Assembly (NCBI RefSeq): GCF_030028105.1
Contig: NC_092391.1
Coordinates: 24,649,223 to 24,713,222, forward strand
Reading direction: 5' to 3'
Source of the DNA: Mobula birostris
Taxonomy: Eukaryota
DNA: 64,000 nt
Shown here: positions 52,854-64,000 of the stretch, one piece after another
Numbering within the stretch: position 1 is the first letter of the stretch
How the letters are laid out: each line of letters starts with the position of its first letter
Made by a program: the position numbers and the translations under genes
Notes under the pieces: model-generated
What the model saw: only the letters and a program-made list of their open reading frames with translations
Database searches by the model: none
What the model was told of the DNA's origin: nothing

Positions 52854-53759
52854 TTTATTCCGCTCCATAGATGCCGCCCGACCACCCGAGTTCCTCCAGC
52901 ATTTTATGCATGTTATTCATGGTACTCCAGATATAGTCTAATAGGAGTGCTGTAGAATATATTTTATTCCCTTAAACTTGAAGTCCTTTATATTAGTCCT
53001 TCCAATTATTTGCCATGTTTGTTCAAGATGTTTTAATGATCTGTTCTCTTAGATTCTAACCTGCACAGCCGCCAAACCCTCCATAGGTCTCTGCTGCTGC
53101 TACATTTCTCACTTAGAAATTTCTGGATCCTAAGTCGGTGAGTTCACGTTGCCTAAACTGAATTTTATTTTCTCCAATTCTATTCATTCACCCAGCCATT
53201 TCATGATTTGAGCCTTACTGGCAAGGTCATTACTAACTACCCTGAACATCATGCTTGCTCATTTCAAAAGTTCCATTTCCGTGCTTTTGGAGTCACAAAT
53301 TAACCAATAAGAATTGCTAAATTCCTCTGCAGCACTTTAGTGAATCAGATTTTTTAATGATTTTTATTACTTCCCATCATAGGATTTCAACTTAGCTCTG
53401 TCCAAGCTGCTGGGTTAGTTGTGTGATAAACCAAAACTACTGCACTGCCACTATACCCATTTAATACTTACATCAATATATTTTGTTGACAATTATTGTG
53501 TCATCAGCAAACTCATATCTATGCCTTTCTATTCCCTAATACAGATCTGTAATTTAAAAATGAAGAATAGTGGATTCCCCCACACACAAAAATCATCTCT
53601 CCTAATTTCAGTGCCTGTCTATTCTACCACGTAGACTATTTAACAATTTGCCTTCAAGTCAATAAGTTTCTGTTTTGACCATCTCTATGTGGATTTTATT
53701 CAATAGTCTGAACACTTACCACATTCAGGGCTGTTCCACTGCCCACTACTGCAAGTCAC

Positions 53760-54098
53760 CATCATCATTATGTACCATGGCATATGACGTGGCCAATCAT
53801 GGTCACCACACAAGTGAGTTGCCATTGCCTTCTGGGCAGGGTCTTTACCACACAGCTGACACCAGCCATTATCAATACTCTCCAGTGATTGTCTCCTTGG
53901 TGTCAGTGGTCACATAATCGGGTCTTGTGATATGCACCAGCTGTTCATACGACCATCCACCACCTGCACTCATGGCTTCATGTGACCCCGTATGGGAGGC
54001 TAAGCAAATGCTACACCTTGCCCAAGGGTGACCTGCAGGCTAGTGGAGGGAAGGAGTGCCTTACACCTTCTTTGGTACACATGTATCTCCACCCCAGT
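53760..54098 (-). mobile_element. Second RTE-related non-autonomous element
   Basis: (cat)n tail at left, ttgccattgccttct typical of RTE 3' ends, and ctacaccttgcccaagggtgacctgcaggctagtggagggaagg at the 5' side. Confidence 0.5.
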
Positions 54099-54459
54099 GG
54101 CTGTTCAAAAAGAGTCAGTGAGCTTAATCAGGTAATGATCTACCTTTTCTAAACCCACGTTCTCTCTCTGATCAACTAAACATTTCAAAGTTGTTGAGTC
54201 AACACTTCCTTGATTATAAACTTCAGTAATTTCCCAAACACAGTTGTTAGGCTAATTGGTCTATAATTTCCTGCTTTCCCAATTTTTAACCACAAATACA
54301 TAAGCTACAAGATTTTCCTGCAGTGAAGAACTCACCTCCTGCCACTAAGGAGCCTTTCCACAATCTGCAAAGCATGTTAGAAATATGATGCAATTTTGTC
54401 CACTAGCCTGGAAGAGTACATCCCTAATGCTGTTCAAAACCCAAAACTATCCCAGACCA

Positions 54460-54548
54460 AACAACACATACAAAATGCTGGAGGAACTCAGCAGGCTAGG
54501 CAGCATCTATGGAAAAAAGTACAGTCGAGACCCTTCGGCAGGAATGGA
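54460..54548 (-). repeat. Penelope-terminus-derived repeat with internally deleted hammerhead
   Basis: caaaatgctggaggaactcagcaggctaggcagcatctatggaaaaaagtacagtcga[deletion]gacccttcggcagga. Confidence 0.8.
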
Positions 54549-55959
54549 GATAAGAAGATCCAAGACCAAGCAACCCACTTGGTGGGTATCTGAAATATTT
54601 ATAAAGTGTACATTAAAGTGTACAAAAAGTGCACTACAGTTTCAAATGCAAGTGCAGCAGACCACTCACTATAGTTTCCCTTCAACCATGCTGACTAGAA
54701 ATATATCACCAGTTCAACATTGTTGGGTCCAAGTTCTGGAACTCCCTATTCAACTGCACTTTTAACTTGAAGGATTGCAGTGCTTCAAGGATCACCAGCA
54801 CCTTATCAAGGACAACTAGAAATGAACAATAAATGTGAGTTGTGCCAGATATCCCAAAAACATTTAAAATGTGCTATGTGTAATTTTACAATCAAAAGGA
54901 ATGGTTGCCAGGCTAAGTCAACTTCGGAAAATGATCTGGAATGTTTTCATCAAGGTTAAAACTAGGGGTGGAAATCATTTGCTCTTAGGAATTTGTCATC
55001 TTTGATAATTTTGTTGAGTTCCCTTCCCATATAAAATTTTACCTTAATTGGGGTGTCCACAATTTGCTATGTTGATATTAAGATATTAATTAATTTAAAT
55101 TCCATGGCCCTAATTTTGACATTCCCTTTCCACACTTCCTTTCACTCACATCTTAAAACGTCTAACTTTATCCAAATATATTTATTGATGTCTTGGTGTC
55201 AAAGGCTGCATAGTAATATTCCAGTGAAATGTCTCTTGCAGCATTAATGGTGCAAAAATGCAAGTTATGGGAAGATGTCTTAAAATCAAGATTATTTTGA
55301 CATTCAAGATAAAATCTTTATATTCTTAGTGGTTGTCCTACACTTTCAAAGGAAAATAGTTGCAAGAAAACATTTGTGAACCCTTTGCAATTACCCAATT
55401 TTCTGCATTAATTGCTCATAAAATGTGGTCTGATCATCACCTAAGTCACTATAATAGAGAAACACAATCTGCCTAAACCACTAACACAAAAACAATTGTA
55501 CTTCATCTCGTCAGTACTTTGAGTACACCATTTAAACAATCACAGTCTGGGTTAAAAAAAGTATGTGAACCTCTGGGGTAACGCCTTCTACAAAAGCTAT
55601 TTGGAGTCGGGTGTTCCAATCATGAGATGAGATTGGAGGTGTGAGTTGTAGGGGTGCCCTGCCCTATAACAAAGAAACAAAGTTTCAGTCGAAGCAAGCA
55701 GCTGAGAAGAAAAGAGTGAAGAAATGGGGTAGAAAAAGTCATTTTTTTAAAACACTGCTCGGGGAGAAGGGTCTGCACTGCATAGACGCATGATGTAGCG
55801 CGCCAAGGTTTAAAAGCAGACCACCATGTACAGCGGCCATCGTCGGAGTGGACTGAGTCAGAGTGGGACGGCTTTGGCTCAACAGGCTTCGGCGAGAACA
55901 GGCAGAGGCCAGGGTAGGTTCCGGTAAGTTATCTGTCCAGTTTGTTTAGTGCAGTGAGA

Positions 55960-56950
55960 ATGCCAGGCAGGATGTTGGAATGCTCCTCTTGCAGGATGTG
56001 GGAAGTCAGGGAGCCCTCCGGTGTCCCTGACAATGACACCTGCAAGAAGTGCATCCAGCTGCAGCCCCTAACAAACCGTGTTAGGGAACTGGAACAGGAG
56101 CTGGATGACCTGCGGATCATTCGGGAGAATGAGGCGATTATAGATAGTAGCTACAGGGAGGTAGTTACGCCAAAGGAGCAGAGGACAGGAAATTGGGTCA
56201 CTGTCAGGCGAGGGAAGAGGAAAGGGCAGGTAGAGCAAGGTTCCCCTGTGGCCATTCCCCTCAACAACAAGTATACCGCATTGGATACCGTTGGGGGGGG
56301 ATGACTTACCTGGGACAAGCTGCAGTAGCCGGATCTCTGGCACTGAGTCTGGCTCTGCAGTGTAGAAGGGAGGGTGGAAAAAGAGGAGAGCGGTAGTGAT
56401 AGGGGACTCGATGGTTAGAGGTGCAGATAGGAGGTTCTGTGGTCGTGACTGAGAACCCAGGATGGTTTGTTGCCTCCAGGGTGCCAGGGTCAAGGATGTC
56501 TCTGATCACTTGCATGACATTCTGAAGTGGGAGGGTGATCAGCTAGATGTCGTGGTGCACATCGGTACCAATGACGTAGCAAGGAAGAGTGAGGAGGTCC
56601 TGGATAGTGAGTATAGAGAGCTTGGTAGGAAGTTGAAAAGCAGGACCTCAAGGGTGGTAATCTCAGGATTGCTACCTGTGCTAGGTGCTAGTGAGGGTAA
56701 GAATAGGATGCTCTGGAGGAGGAACAAGTGGCTGAGGAACTGGTGTAGGGGGCAGGGTTTCAGATTTCAGGATCATTGGGACCTCTTCTGGGGTAGGTGG
56801 GACCTGTACAAGAGAGACGGGTTACACTTGAACTACAGGGGAACCAATATCCTTTCAGGGAGGTTTGTTAGTGCTATTGGGAAGGCTTTAAACGAGATTT
56901 GCAGGGGGATGGGAACCAGAGTGCCAGAGCTGGCAGAGTGGCTGGGGTGA
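55960..56950 (+). pseudogene. CR1 ORF1: zinc finger/coiled coil plus SGNH esterase, disrupted
   Basis: CSSC...CKKC, LTNRVRELEQELDDL; VIGDSMVRG, GARVKDV, HIGTND, DGLHLN; frameshift at G-run near 56293-56300 and in-frame stops near 56363 and 56449. Confidence 0.9.
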
Positions 56951-59814
56951 AAATAAATGATGTTAAAAGTTCAAGCAAATCCGCTAATAGAAAGGTTGTG
57001 AGTGGTGGTAAAAATCTTCTGAGGTGTATATATTTCAATGCTAGGAGTATTGCAGGGAAGGCGGATGAGTTGAGGGTGTGGATTGATATGTGGAATTATG
57101 ACGTTATAGCAATTAGTGAAACTTGGCTACAGGAGGGGCAGGACTGGCAGCTTAATATTCCAGGGTTCCGATGTTTCAGATGTGATCGAGCTGAGGAATG
57201 AAAGGTGGGGGAGTAGCATTGCTTGTTAGGGAAAATATTACAGCAGTGCTCAGGCAGGACAGATTAGAGGGCTTGTCTACTGAGTCTTTATGGGTGGAGC
57301 TGAGAAACAGGAAAGGTATGGCCACATTAGTGGGATTGTATTACAGACCACCCAATAGTCAACGAGAATTGGAAGAGCAAATCTGCAGAGAGATAGCAGG
57401 CAACTGCAGGAAACATAAAGTTGTGGTGGTAGGGGATTTTAATTTTCCATATATTGATTGGGACTCCCATACTGTTAGGGGTCTAGATGGTTTAGAGTTT
57501 GTAAAATGTGTTCAGGAAAGTTTTCTAAATCAATATATAGAGGGACCAACTAGAGGGGATGCAATATTGGATCTCCTGTTAGGAAACAAGTTAGGACAAG
57601 TGACGGAAGTCTGTGTAGGGGAGAACTTTGGTTCCAGTGATCATAACACCATTAGTTTCAACTTGATCATGGACAAGGATAGATCTGGTCCTAGGGTTGA
57701 GGTTCTGAACTGGAAGAAGGCCAAATTTGAAGAAATGAAAAAGGATCTAAAAAGTGTGGATTGGGACAGGTTGTTCTCTGACAAAGATGTGATCGGTAGG
57801 TGGGAAGCCTTCAAAGGAGAAATTTTGAGAGTGCAGAGTTTGTATGTTCCTGTCAGGATTAAAGGCAAAGTGAATAGGAATAAGGAACCTTGGTTCTCAA
57901 GGGATATTGCAACTCTGATAAAGAAGAAGAGGGAGTTGTATGACATGTATAGGAAACAGGGAGTAAATAAAGTGCTTGAGGAGTATAAGAAGTGCAAGAA
58001 AATACTTAAGAAAGAAATCAGGAGGGCTAAAAGAAGACATGAGGTTGCCTTGGCAGTCAAAGTGAAGGATAATCCAAAGAGCTTTTACAGATATATTAAG
58101 AGCAAAAGGATTGCAAGGGATAAAATTAGTCCTCTTGAAGATCAGAGTGATCGGCTATGTGTGGAACCAAAGGAAATGGGGGAGATCTTAAATAGGTTTT
58201 TTGCGTCTGTATTTACAAAGGAAACTGGCATGAAGTCTATGGAATTAAGGGAAACAACTAGTGAGACCATGGAAACTGTACAGATCGAAGAGGAGGAGGT
58301 GCTTGCTGTCTTGAGGAAAATAAAAGTGGATAAATCCCTGGGAGCTGAAAGGGTGTTCCCTCGGACCTTGAAGGAAACTAGTGTTGAAATTGCAGGGGCC
58401 CTGGCAGAAATATTTAAAATGTCGCTGTCTACAGGTGAGGTGCTGAAGGATTGGAGAGTGGCTCATGTTGTTCCGTTGTTTAAAAAAGGATCGAAAAGTA
58501 ATCCAGGAAATTATAGGTCGGTAAGTTTAATGTCGGTAGTAGGTAAGTTATTGAAGGGAGTACTAAGAGACAGAATCTACAAGCATTTGGATAGACAGGG
58601 ACTTATTAGGGAGAGTCAACATGGCTTTGTGCGTGGTAGGTCATGTTTGACCAATCTATTGGTGTTTTTCGAGGAGGTTACCAGGAAAGTGGATGAAGGG
58701 AAGGCAGTGGATATTGTCTACATGGACTTCAGTAAGGCCTTTGACAAGGTCCCGCGTGGGAGGTTAGTTAGGAAAATTCAGTCGCAAGGTATACATGGAG
58801 AGGTGGTAAATTGGATTAGACATTGGCTCAATGGAAGAAGCCAAAGAGTGGTGGTAGAGAATTGCTTCTCTGAGTAGAGGCCTGTGACTAGTGGTGTGCC
58901 ACAGGGATCAGTGCTGGGTCCATTGTTATTTGTCATCTATATCAATGATCTGGATGATAATGTGGTAAATTGGATCAGCAAATTTGCTGATGATACAAAG
59001 ATTGGAGGTGTAGTAGACAGTGAGGAAGGTTTTCAGAGCCTGCAGAGGGACTTGGACCAGCTGGAAAAATGGCAGATGGAGTTTAATACAGACAAATGTG
59101 AGGTATTGCACGTTGGAAGGACAAACCAAGGTAGAACATACAGGGTTAATGGTAAGGCACTGAGGAGTGTAGTAGAACAGAGGGATCTGAGAATACAGAT
59201 ACAAAATTCCCTAAAAGTGGCATCACAGGTAGATAGGGTCGTAAAGAGAGTTTTTGGTACATTGGCCTTTATTAATCAAAGTATTGAGTATAAGAGCTGG
59301 AATGTTATGATGAGGTTGTATAAGGCATTGGTGAGGCTGAATCTGGAGTACTGTGTTCAGTTTTGGTCACCAAATTACAGGAAGGATATAAATAAGGTTC
59401 AAAGAGTGCAGAGGTTTACAAGGATGTTGCCGGGACTTGAGAAACTCAGTTACAGAGAAAGGTTGAATAGGTTAGGACTTTATTCCCTGGAGCGTAGAAG
59501 AATGAGGGGAGATTTGATAGAGGTATATAAAATTATGATGGGTATAGATAGAGTGAATGCAAGCAGGCTTTTTCCACTGAGGCAAAGGGAGAAAAAAAAC
59601 CAGAGGACATGGGTTAAGGGTGGGGTGAGGGGAGGAAGCTTAAAGGGAACATTGAGGGGGCTTCTTCACACAGAGAGTGGTGGGAGTATGGAATGAGCTG
59701 CCAGACGAGGTGGTAAATGCGGGTTCTTTTTTAACATTTAAGAATAAATTGGACAGATACATGGCTGGGGGGTGTATGGAGGGATATGGTCCGTGTGCAG
59801 GTCAGTGGGACTAG
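56899..59814 (+). pseudogene. CR1 ORF2: APE endonuclease plus reverse transcriptase, disrupted
   Basis: YFNARSI, ISETWL, YYRPP, GDFNFP, SDH; QHGF, DFSKAFDKV, GVPQGSVLGP, FADD; frameshift near 57198, TAG at 58875 (expected TGG), frameshift near 59600. Confidence 0.95.
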
Positions 59815-59949
59815 GCAGAAAATGGTTCGGCACAGCCAAGAAGGGCCAAAAGGCCTGTTTCTGTGCTGTACTTTTTCTATGGTTTCTAATACAGTATCAG
59901 GTTACTGACAGAGCCTGCTCTTCTCAAGAAAGATCTGTTTATGTGCACC

Positions 59950-60930
59950 ATGTCTTGATCAAAACAACTTTCCGAGGACCTTAGAATAGTAGAGATGCAT
60001 AAAGCTGGAAAAAGCTACAAAAGCACTTCTACAGATCTGAGTGTTCATCAGTCCACAGTAAGAGAAACTCTACAAATGGAGGAAATTCAGTACTGTTGCT
60101 ACTCTCTATCAGAGTGGGCATTCTACAACGATCACACCAAGAGCACAATGTGCAATTCTGAAGGAAGTGAACAAGAACCCAAGGGTAACAGCAAAAGACC
60201 TGCTGAAATCTCTAGAACTTGCTAAATTCATGTGTCCACCATAAGAAAAATGCTGAACAAGAATGCTGTTCATGGAAGGATACCATGGAGGAAACCACTA
60301 CTCTCCAAAATAAAAACATTGCTGCACATCTCAAGTTTGCAAAAGACAACCTGGATGTTCCACAACACTTGCAGGACAATGTTCTGTGGCCAGGTGAGAC
60401 AAAAGTTGAACTTTTTGGCAGAAATGCACACCACTATGTTTGGAGGAAAATGGGCACTGCACAGCAACACCAAAACCTCATCCCAACTGTGAAGCATGGT
60501 GGAAGGAGCATCATGGTTTGGGGCTGCTTTGCTTCCTCAGGACCTGGACAGCCTGCATTCATTGAGGAAACAGTGAATTCAAAATTGTATTAAGACATTT
60601 TACAGAGGATTGTCAGTGTAGCAGTCCATCACCTGAAGCTTAATATGAAACAAGACAATGGTCCAAAACACAAGAGTAAATCAACAATGAATGGTTTAAA
60701 GAAAATTCAGGTTTGTGTTTCGTAACGGCCAAGTCAGAGTCCAGCTGTGGCATGACCTGAAGAGAGCTATTCATGCAAGGTATCCCAGAAATATTGATGA
60801 ACTGAAACAGTTTTGTATGGAGGAATGGTCTACAATTCCTTCTTGCCATTGTGCAAGTCTGATCAGCAGGTACAGAAAACATTTGGTGGAGGTTATTGCT
60901 TTTAAAGGAGGTTCTACCAGTTATGAAATA
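59950..60930 (+). pseudogene. Tc1 transposase pseudogene
   Basis: MHKAGKSYKS, HGRIPWRKPLLS, VLWPGETKVELFG, PTVKHGGRSIMVWGCF, KQDNGPKH, LWHDLKRAI; stop at codon 3, frameshifts, third catalytic motif deleted. Confidence 0.9.
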
Positions 60931-61490
60931 CAAGGGTTCACCTACATTCTCCAGCCTGGCCCGTGAATGATTGAACTATGTGTCCAATAAAGACATGAAA
61001 AGTACAATTGTTTGTGTGTTATTTATTTAGGCAGATTGTGTTTGTTTATTTTTGTGACTTAGATGAAGATCAGACCAGGTATTAATGCAGAAAACCAGGT
61101 AACCGCAAACAGTTCACAAACTTTTTCTTGCAACTGTAACTCATTAAAAAGGTCAATGTGAAACTCTGTATAAGGTGTTGTTAAATTGGAATTTTACTAT
61201 ATTAAAGATACTGAATGAATGTTAGTTATTAGTACATAACGATAAACTGTTCTGATATGATCCAGCAACAAATACAATATATTACAAAATTTTACAAAAA
61301 TAAGAAAAATGAAATCGGTGCGTGATATTAGCCCTCCTGATTTATTAACCGTTGCCTTGTCTCCATCACTATTTCTTCCATTATTTCTGGCTTCAGAATA
61401 TCTTTAATCTGAAATCAGAACAGAAACAACTTGGTAAAACTGAAATTTATGTAGTTGATACATTTACAACAGATTTTATAGGTACACTTT

Positions 61491-62000
61491 CATCACTGTA
61501 CAGAAGTCTTAAGCATATATACAGCTAAGGACCTAAGGCTTTTGCACAGTACTGTACTTGTCAACATGGAGCGGAGAGCGAGTTTGTAAATTGGCAGAAG
61601 CAAAGGATATTGGGAATGGCAAGGGTGGTGTGCCGTGGGAGGGGTGTGGGAGAGGATTGCCAAGGGCAGTGGTGGCGTGGGTGCAAACACACCCAGCCCT
61701 GAAACACCAAGCAAGGTCATTTGATTCCAAACAATTGGTTTATTAGTCTGTCTTTCTGGTGCTTCCTGCTCTCTTCCCTCTTCCCCTTTTCCCAACTATG
61801 ATAAACCTCTCTCCCTGCCCCCTTCCCACTCTCAATCCACAATACTGACCCATATAAGAACCGGGTATTACTCACAAATGTCATGAAATTTGTTTTTTAT
61901 TGCAGCAGTAGTACAGTGCTATACATAAAATTACTACGGTACTGTGCAAAAGTCTTAGGCACTCTAACTATATATGTCTTAAAATTTTTGCACAGTATTG
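61491..62000. mobile_element. MITE with about 64-bp TIRs that are themselves palindromic
   Basis: 61491-61554 and 61937-62000 each read about cagtactgtgcaaaagtcttaggcac...gYctaagactttgcacagtactg and are inverted relative to each other; TA follows 62000. Confidence 0.75.
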
Positions 62001-62044
62001 TAGTACACTTAATCATCAGATACTGAAGTCATAAGTGGTGGTAG

Positions 62045-62352
62045 TGTACTCCCATCAGGGAGGAGGCTATGTAGCATCCACACCAGGACCACCAGACTCA
62101 AAAACAGTTACTTTCCCCAAGCAGTACTACTTCATCATTTCCTGTCAGTCACCTTATGTACAGACAGTCCTGTGCCTTGAGTCACTTTATGGACATACAA
62201 TCAATCTACGTATATAAGCTATCCTATGTATTTAATGTGTTTTTTCATTGTGTTCTTTATTTTTTTGTGCTGCATCGGATCTGGGGTTACAATTATTTCG
62301 TGCTTCTTTACATCTGTGTACTGGAAATGACATTAAACAATCTTGAATCTTG
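62045..62352 (+). mobile_element. Rex1-like LINE 3' end (different subfamily)
   Basis: Reads PSGRRLCSIHTRTTRLKNSYFPQAV; tail ends aatcttgaatcttga. Confidence 0.65.
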
Positions 62353-64000
62353 ATAACTGAATACATGATTATTTACTCACTTTTATAGATGCTCAATTTT
62401 CAAAATAATTCAAAACATGTTTTCAAACACTCAGCAATTATTGTGTATTTAATTTGAAATCTTTTAAGATTCTTTTCTCTTAACTGTCGATAAACATTGA
62501 CAGATTATATTCTTGCATGAAATAGGCAGACAGAAAGAAATTGAAAGATCATGCAATTAGTTTCTAAGAGATATAAATCATATAATTATCAACTTTGCTA
62601 AAGTAACAAGCTATTTGGTTCAAAAATAATTACTGGCATTTTTAAGACTGAGAAATCTAGCTAAATGTAGTTTAAAGACATACTGTGCCAAAACCATTCT
62701 GTGTTAGATACGTTACCTGGTGATGCAATGATGCCTCGTAACAATAGAGAACACTGGTGTCGTAAAGCATCATTTTATGACTACTCAGGACTAAGATGCA
62801 ATTGTGGAGTCGTGAGATCACTTCTCTGTCCGATAAAGAAACTGGCTGTAGTTAGAAGGAACAGGAATACGAATACCAGGATTAAGATGGATTAAATTTT
62901 ATTAAATAAAAAATGCTGGAAACATTTAACTGGTCAGGCAGCTGAATTAGCTTTCCCAGGGTGAGAACTAAAAAACAAACCTAGATGAAAGGAGAAAGGA
63001 GATGGTGAGTGGCGGTCTACACAAGGGAAAGCTTGTGACAGAATGGAAGTCTCTCCTTTCATGTTTTGCACCTTTCCTCCCCCTCCAACCTCCCACCACC
63101 ACCCCATTTCTAAAAGGTTCCCTGTTCTGATGAAACATTAACTCCACTGCCTGACCTGCTGAATGTTTCAACATTTACAGTATAATCAGCATTTTTCATC
63201 ATTGAAGTGTTTTTCCTTCGTATATACTCTTATACAGCAGTTGGCTCCATATCAGATTCTGACATGGGAAGAACATTTAAAACTAAAATCAAAGCATCAT
63301 TGTACTAAGTCAGTTCAATACTAAAGCAGTTAAATCTCACTTAATAGATGCATTCTCACCTAGAAGCTGAAAATCCACAATGAATTAGATGGTTAAACTG
63401 ACTGGAATTTAGGAACTGAGTTGACAGATTTTCAATCGCTCAGATTATACTCCTCTGTGCCAGGGACTCAACATTCAAACCTCAGTCAAGATCTAGGCAC
63501 AGATTGTCCTAAAATACTCAACAAAATAGCTAAGGAGTTCTTCAGTGTGAGAGGTGCTGCAGATGGATGAAACCGCAGCCCTACCTGCCCATTATGGAAA
63601 TCATGAAAATCTCATGGCATTATTTTGAAGAGCAAGGAAGTAGTCTCTGATATTTGAGCCAATGGTGAATCACAAGTAACACCATGAGAAACAGGCACCT
63701 GACCATTGTCACACTGCTATTCACAGGATCTCTCCACAAGTAAAATAACAAAGCGCACTCAAGTCTCAGCCTTATGTGTATTTAAAAAGCTCTGATTGTG
63801 GAGCCTGAACCCACAACTTTCTGAATCAAGATTCAAGGGTTAATCTCCCAACTACAGCTGACACTTGAACTAAGTTATGCGAGATGATCAGCTATATTTC
63901 ATACCTTTACTTATTTTCTAAAGTACACAAGGTATGCTGAGTCCACACAGTGTAGCCCTGAAGAATTCTATCAACTATAATATAGTATGTCACACTCCCA

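Larger units (their letters stand above)
55690..59888 (+). mobile_element. Near full-length CR1 LINE (5'UTR, ORF1, ORF2, 3' tail)
   Basis: GC-rich leader, two disrupted ORFs, tail ggcctgtttctgtgctgtactttttctatggtttcta. Confidence 0.95.
55357..61136 (+). mobile_element. Tc1 DNA transposon (IR/DR-type TIRs) interrupted by a 4.2-kb CR1
   Basis: Left end tagttgcaagaaaacatttgtgaac matches right end gttcacaaactttttcttgcaactg+TA; TIRs about 200 bp with inner repeats at about 55555 and 60935; transposase remnants 59950-60930. Confidence 0.9.

Noticed and set aside
55672-59900. Target-site duplication for the long CR1
   Set aside because: Only a loose match (acaaagtttcag versus acagtatcag), not enough to call.
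47300-64000. QRFP or another downstream neighbour expected from human synteny
   Set aside because: I found no RFamide precursor motif or convincing exon; short exons could have been missed by eye.

Overview
Vertebrate genomic DNA, most likely from a cartilaginous fish (ray/shark; inferred from the repeat content). The only host gene I can support is the 3' part of ABL1 on the + strand: exons 4-11 between 13169 and 39516. Exons 4-9 match the human exon sizes as I recall them (273/85/178/185/153/90 nt), and together the exons encode 961 aa (end of SH2, kinase, PxxP/NLS region, F-actin-binding domain). Intron 5 uses a non-canonical GC donor. A long, repeat-poor 3'UTR candidate follows. The rest is decayed transposable elements: CR1 (one near full-length, esterase-ORF1 copy nested inside a Tc1), Rex1/Babar, L1, RTE-related elements, two Tc1 transposons, a MITE with palindromic TIRs, V-SINE/Deu-SINE relics and Penelope-like elements. 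The most notable non-gene signal is a family of short Penelope-terminus-derived, often fold-back, insertions carrying a minimal type I hammerhead ribozyme motif (best copy 52816-52853). Exon coordinates were read at base level. Repeat boundaries are approximate, and family names and human residue comparisons come from recognition, not database searches.
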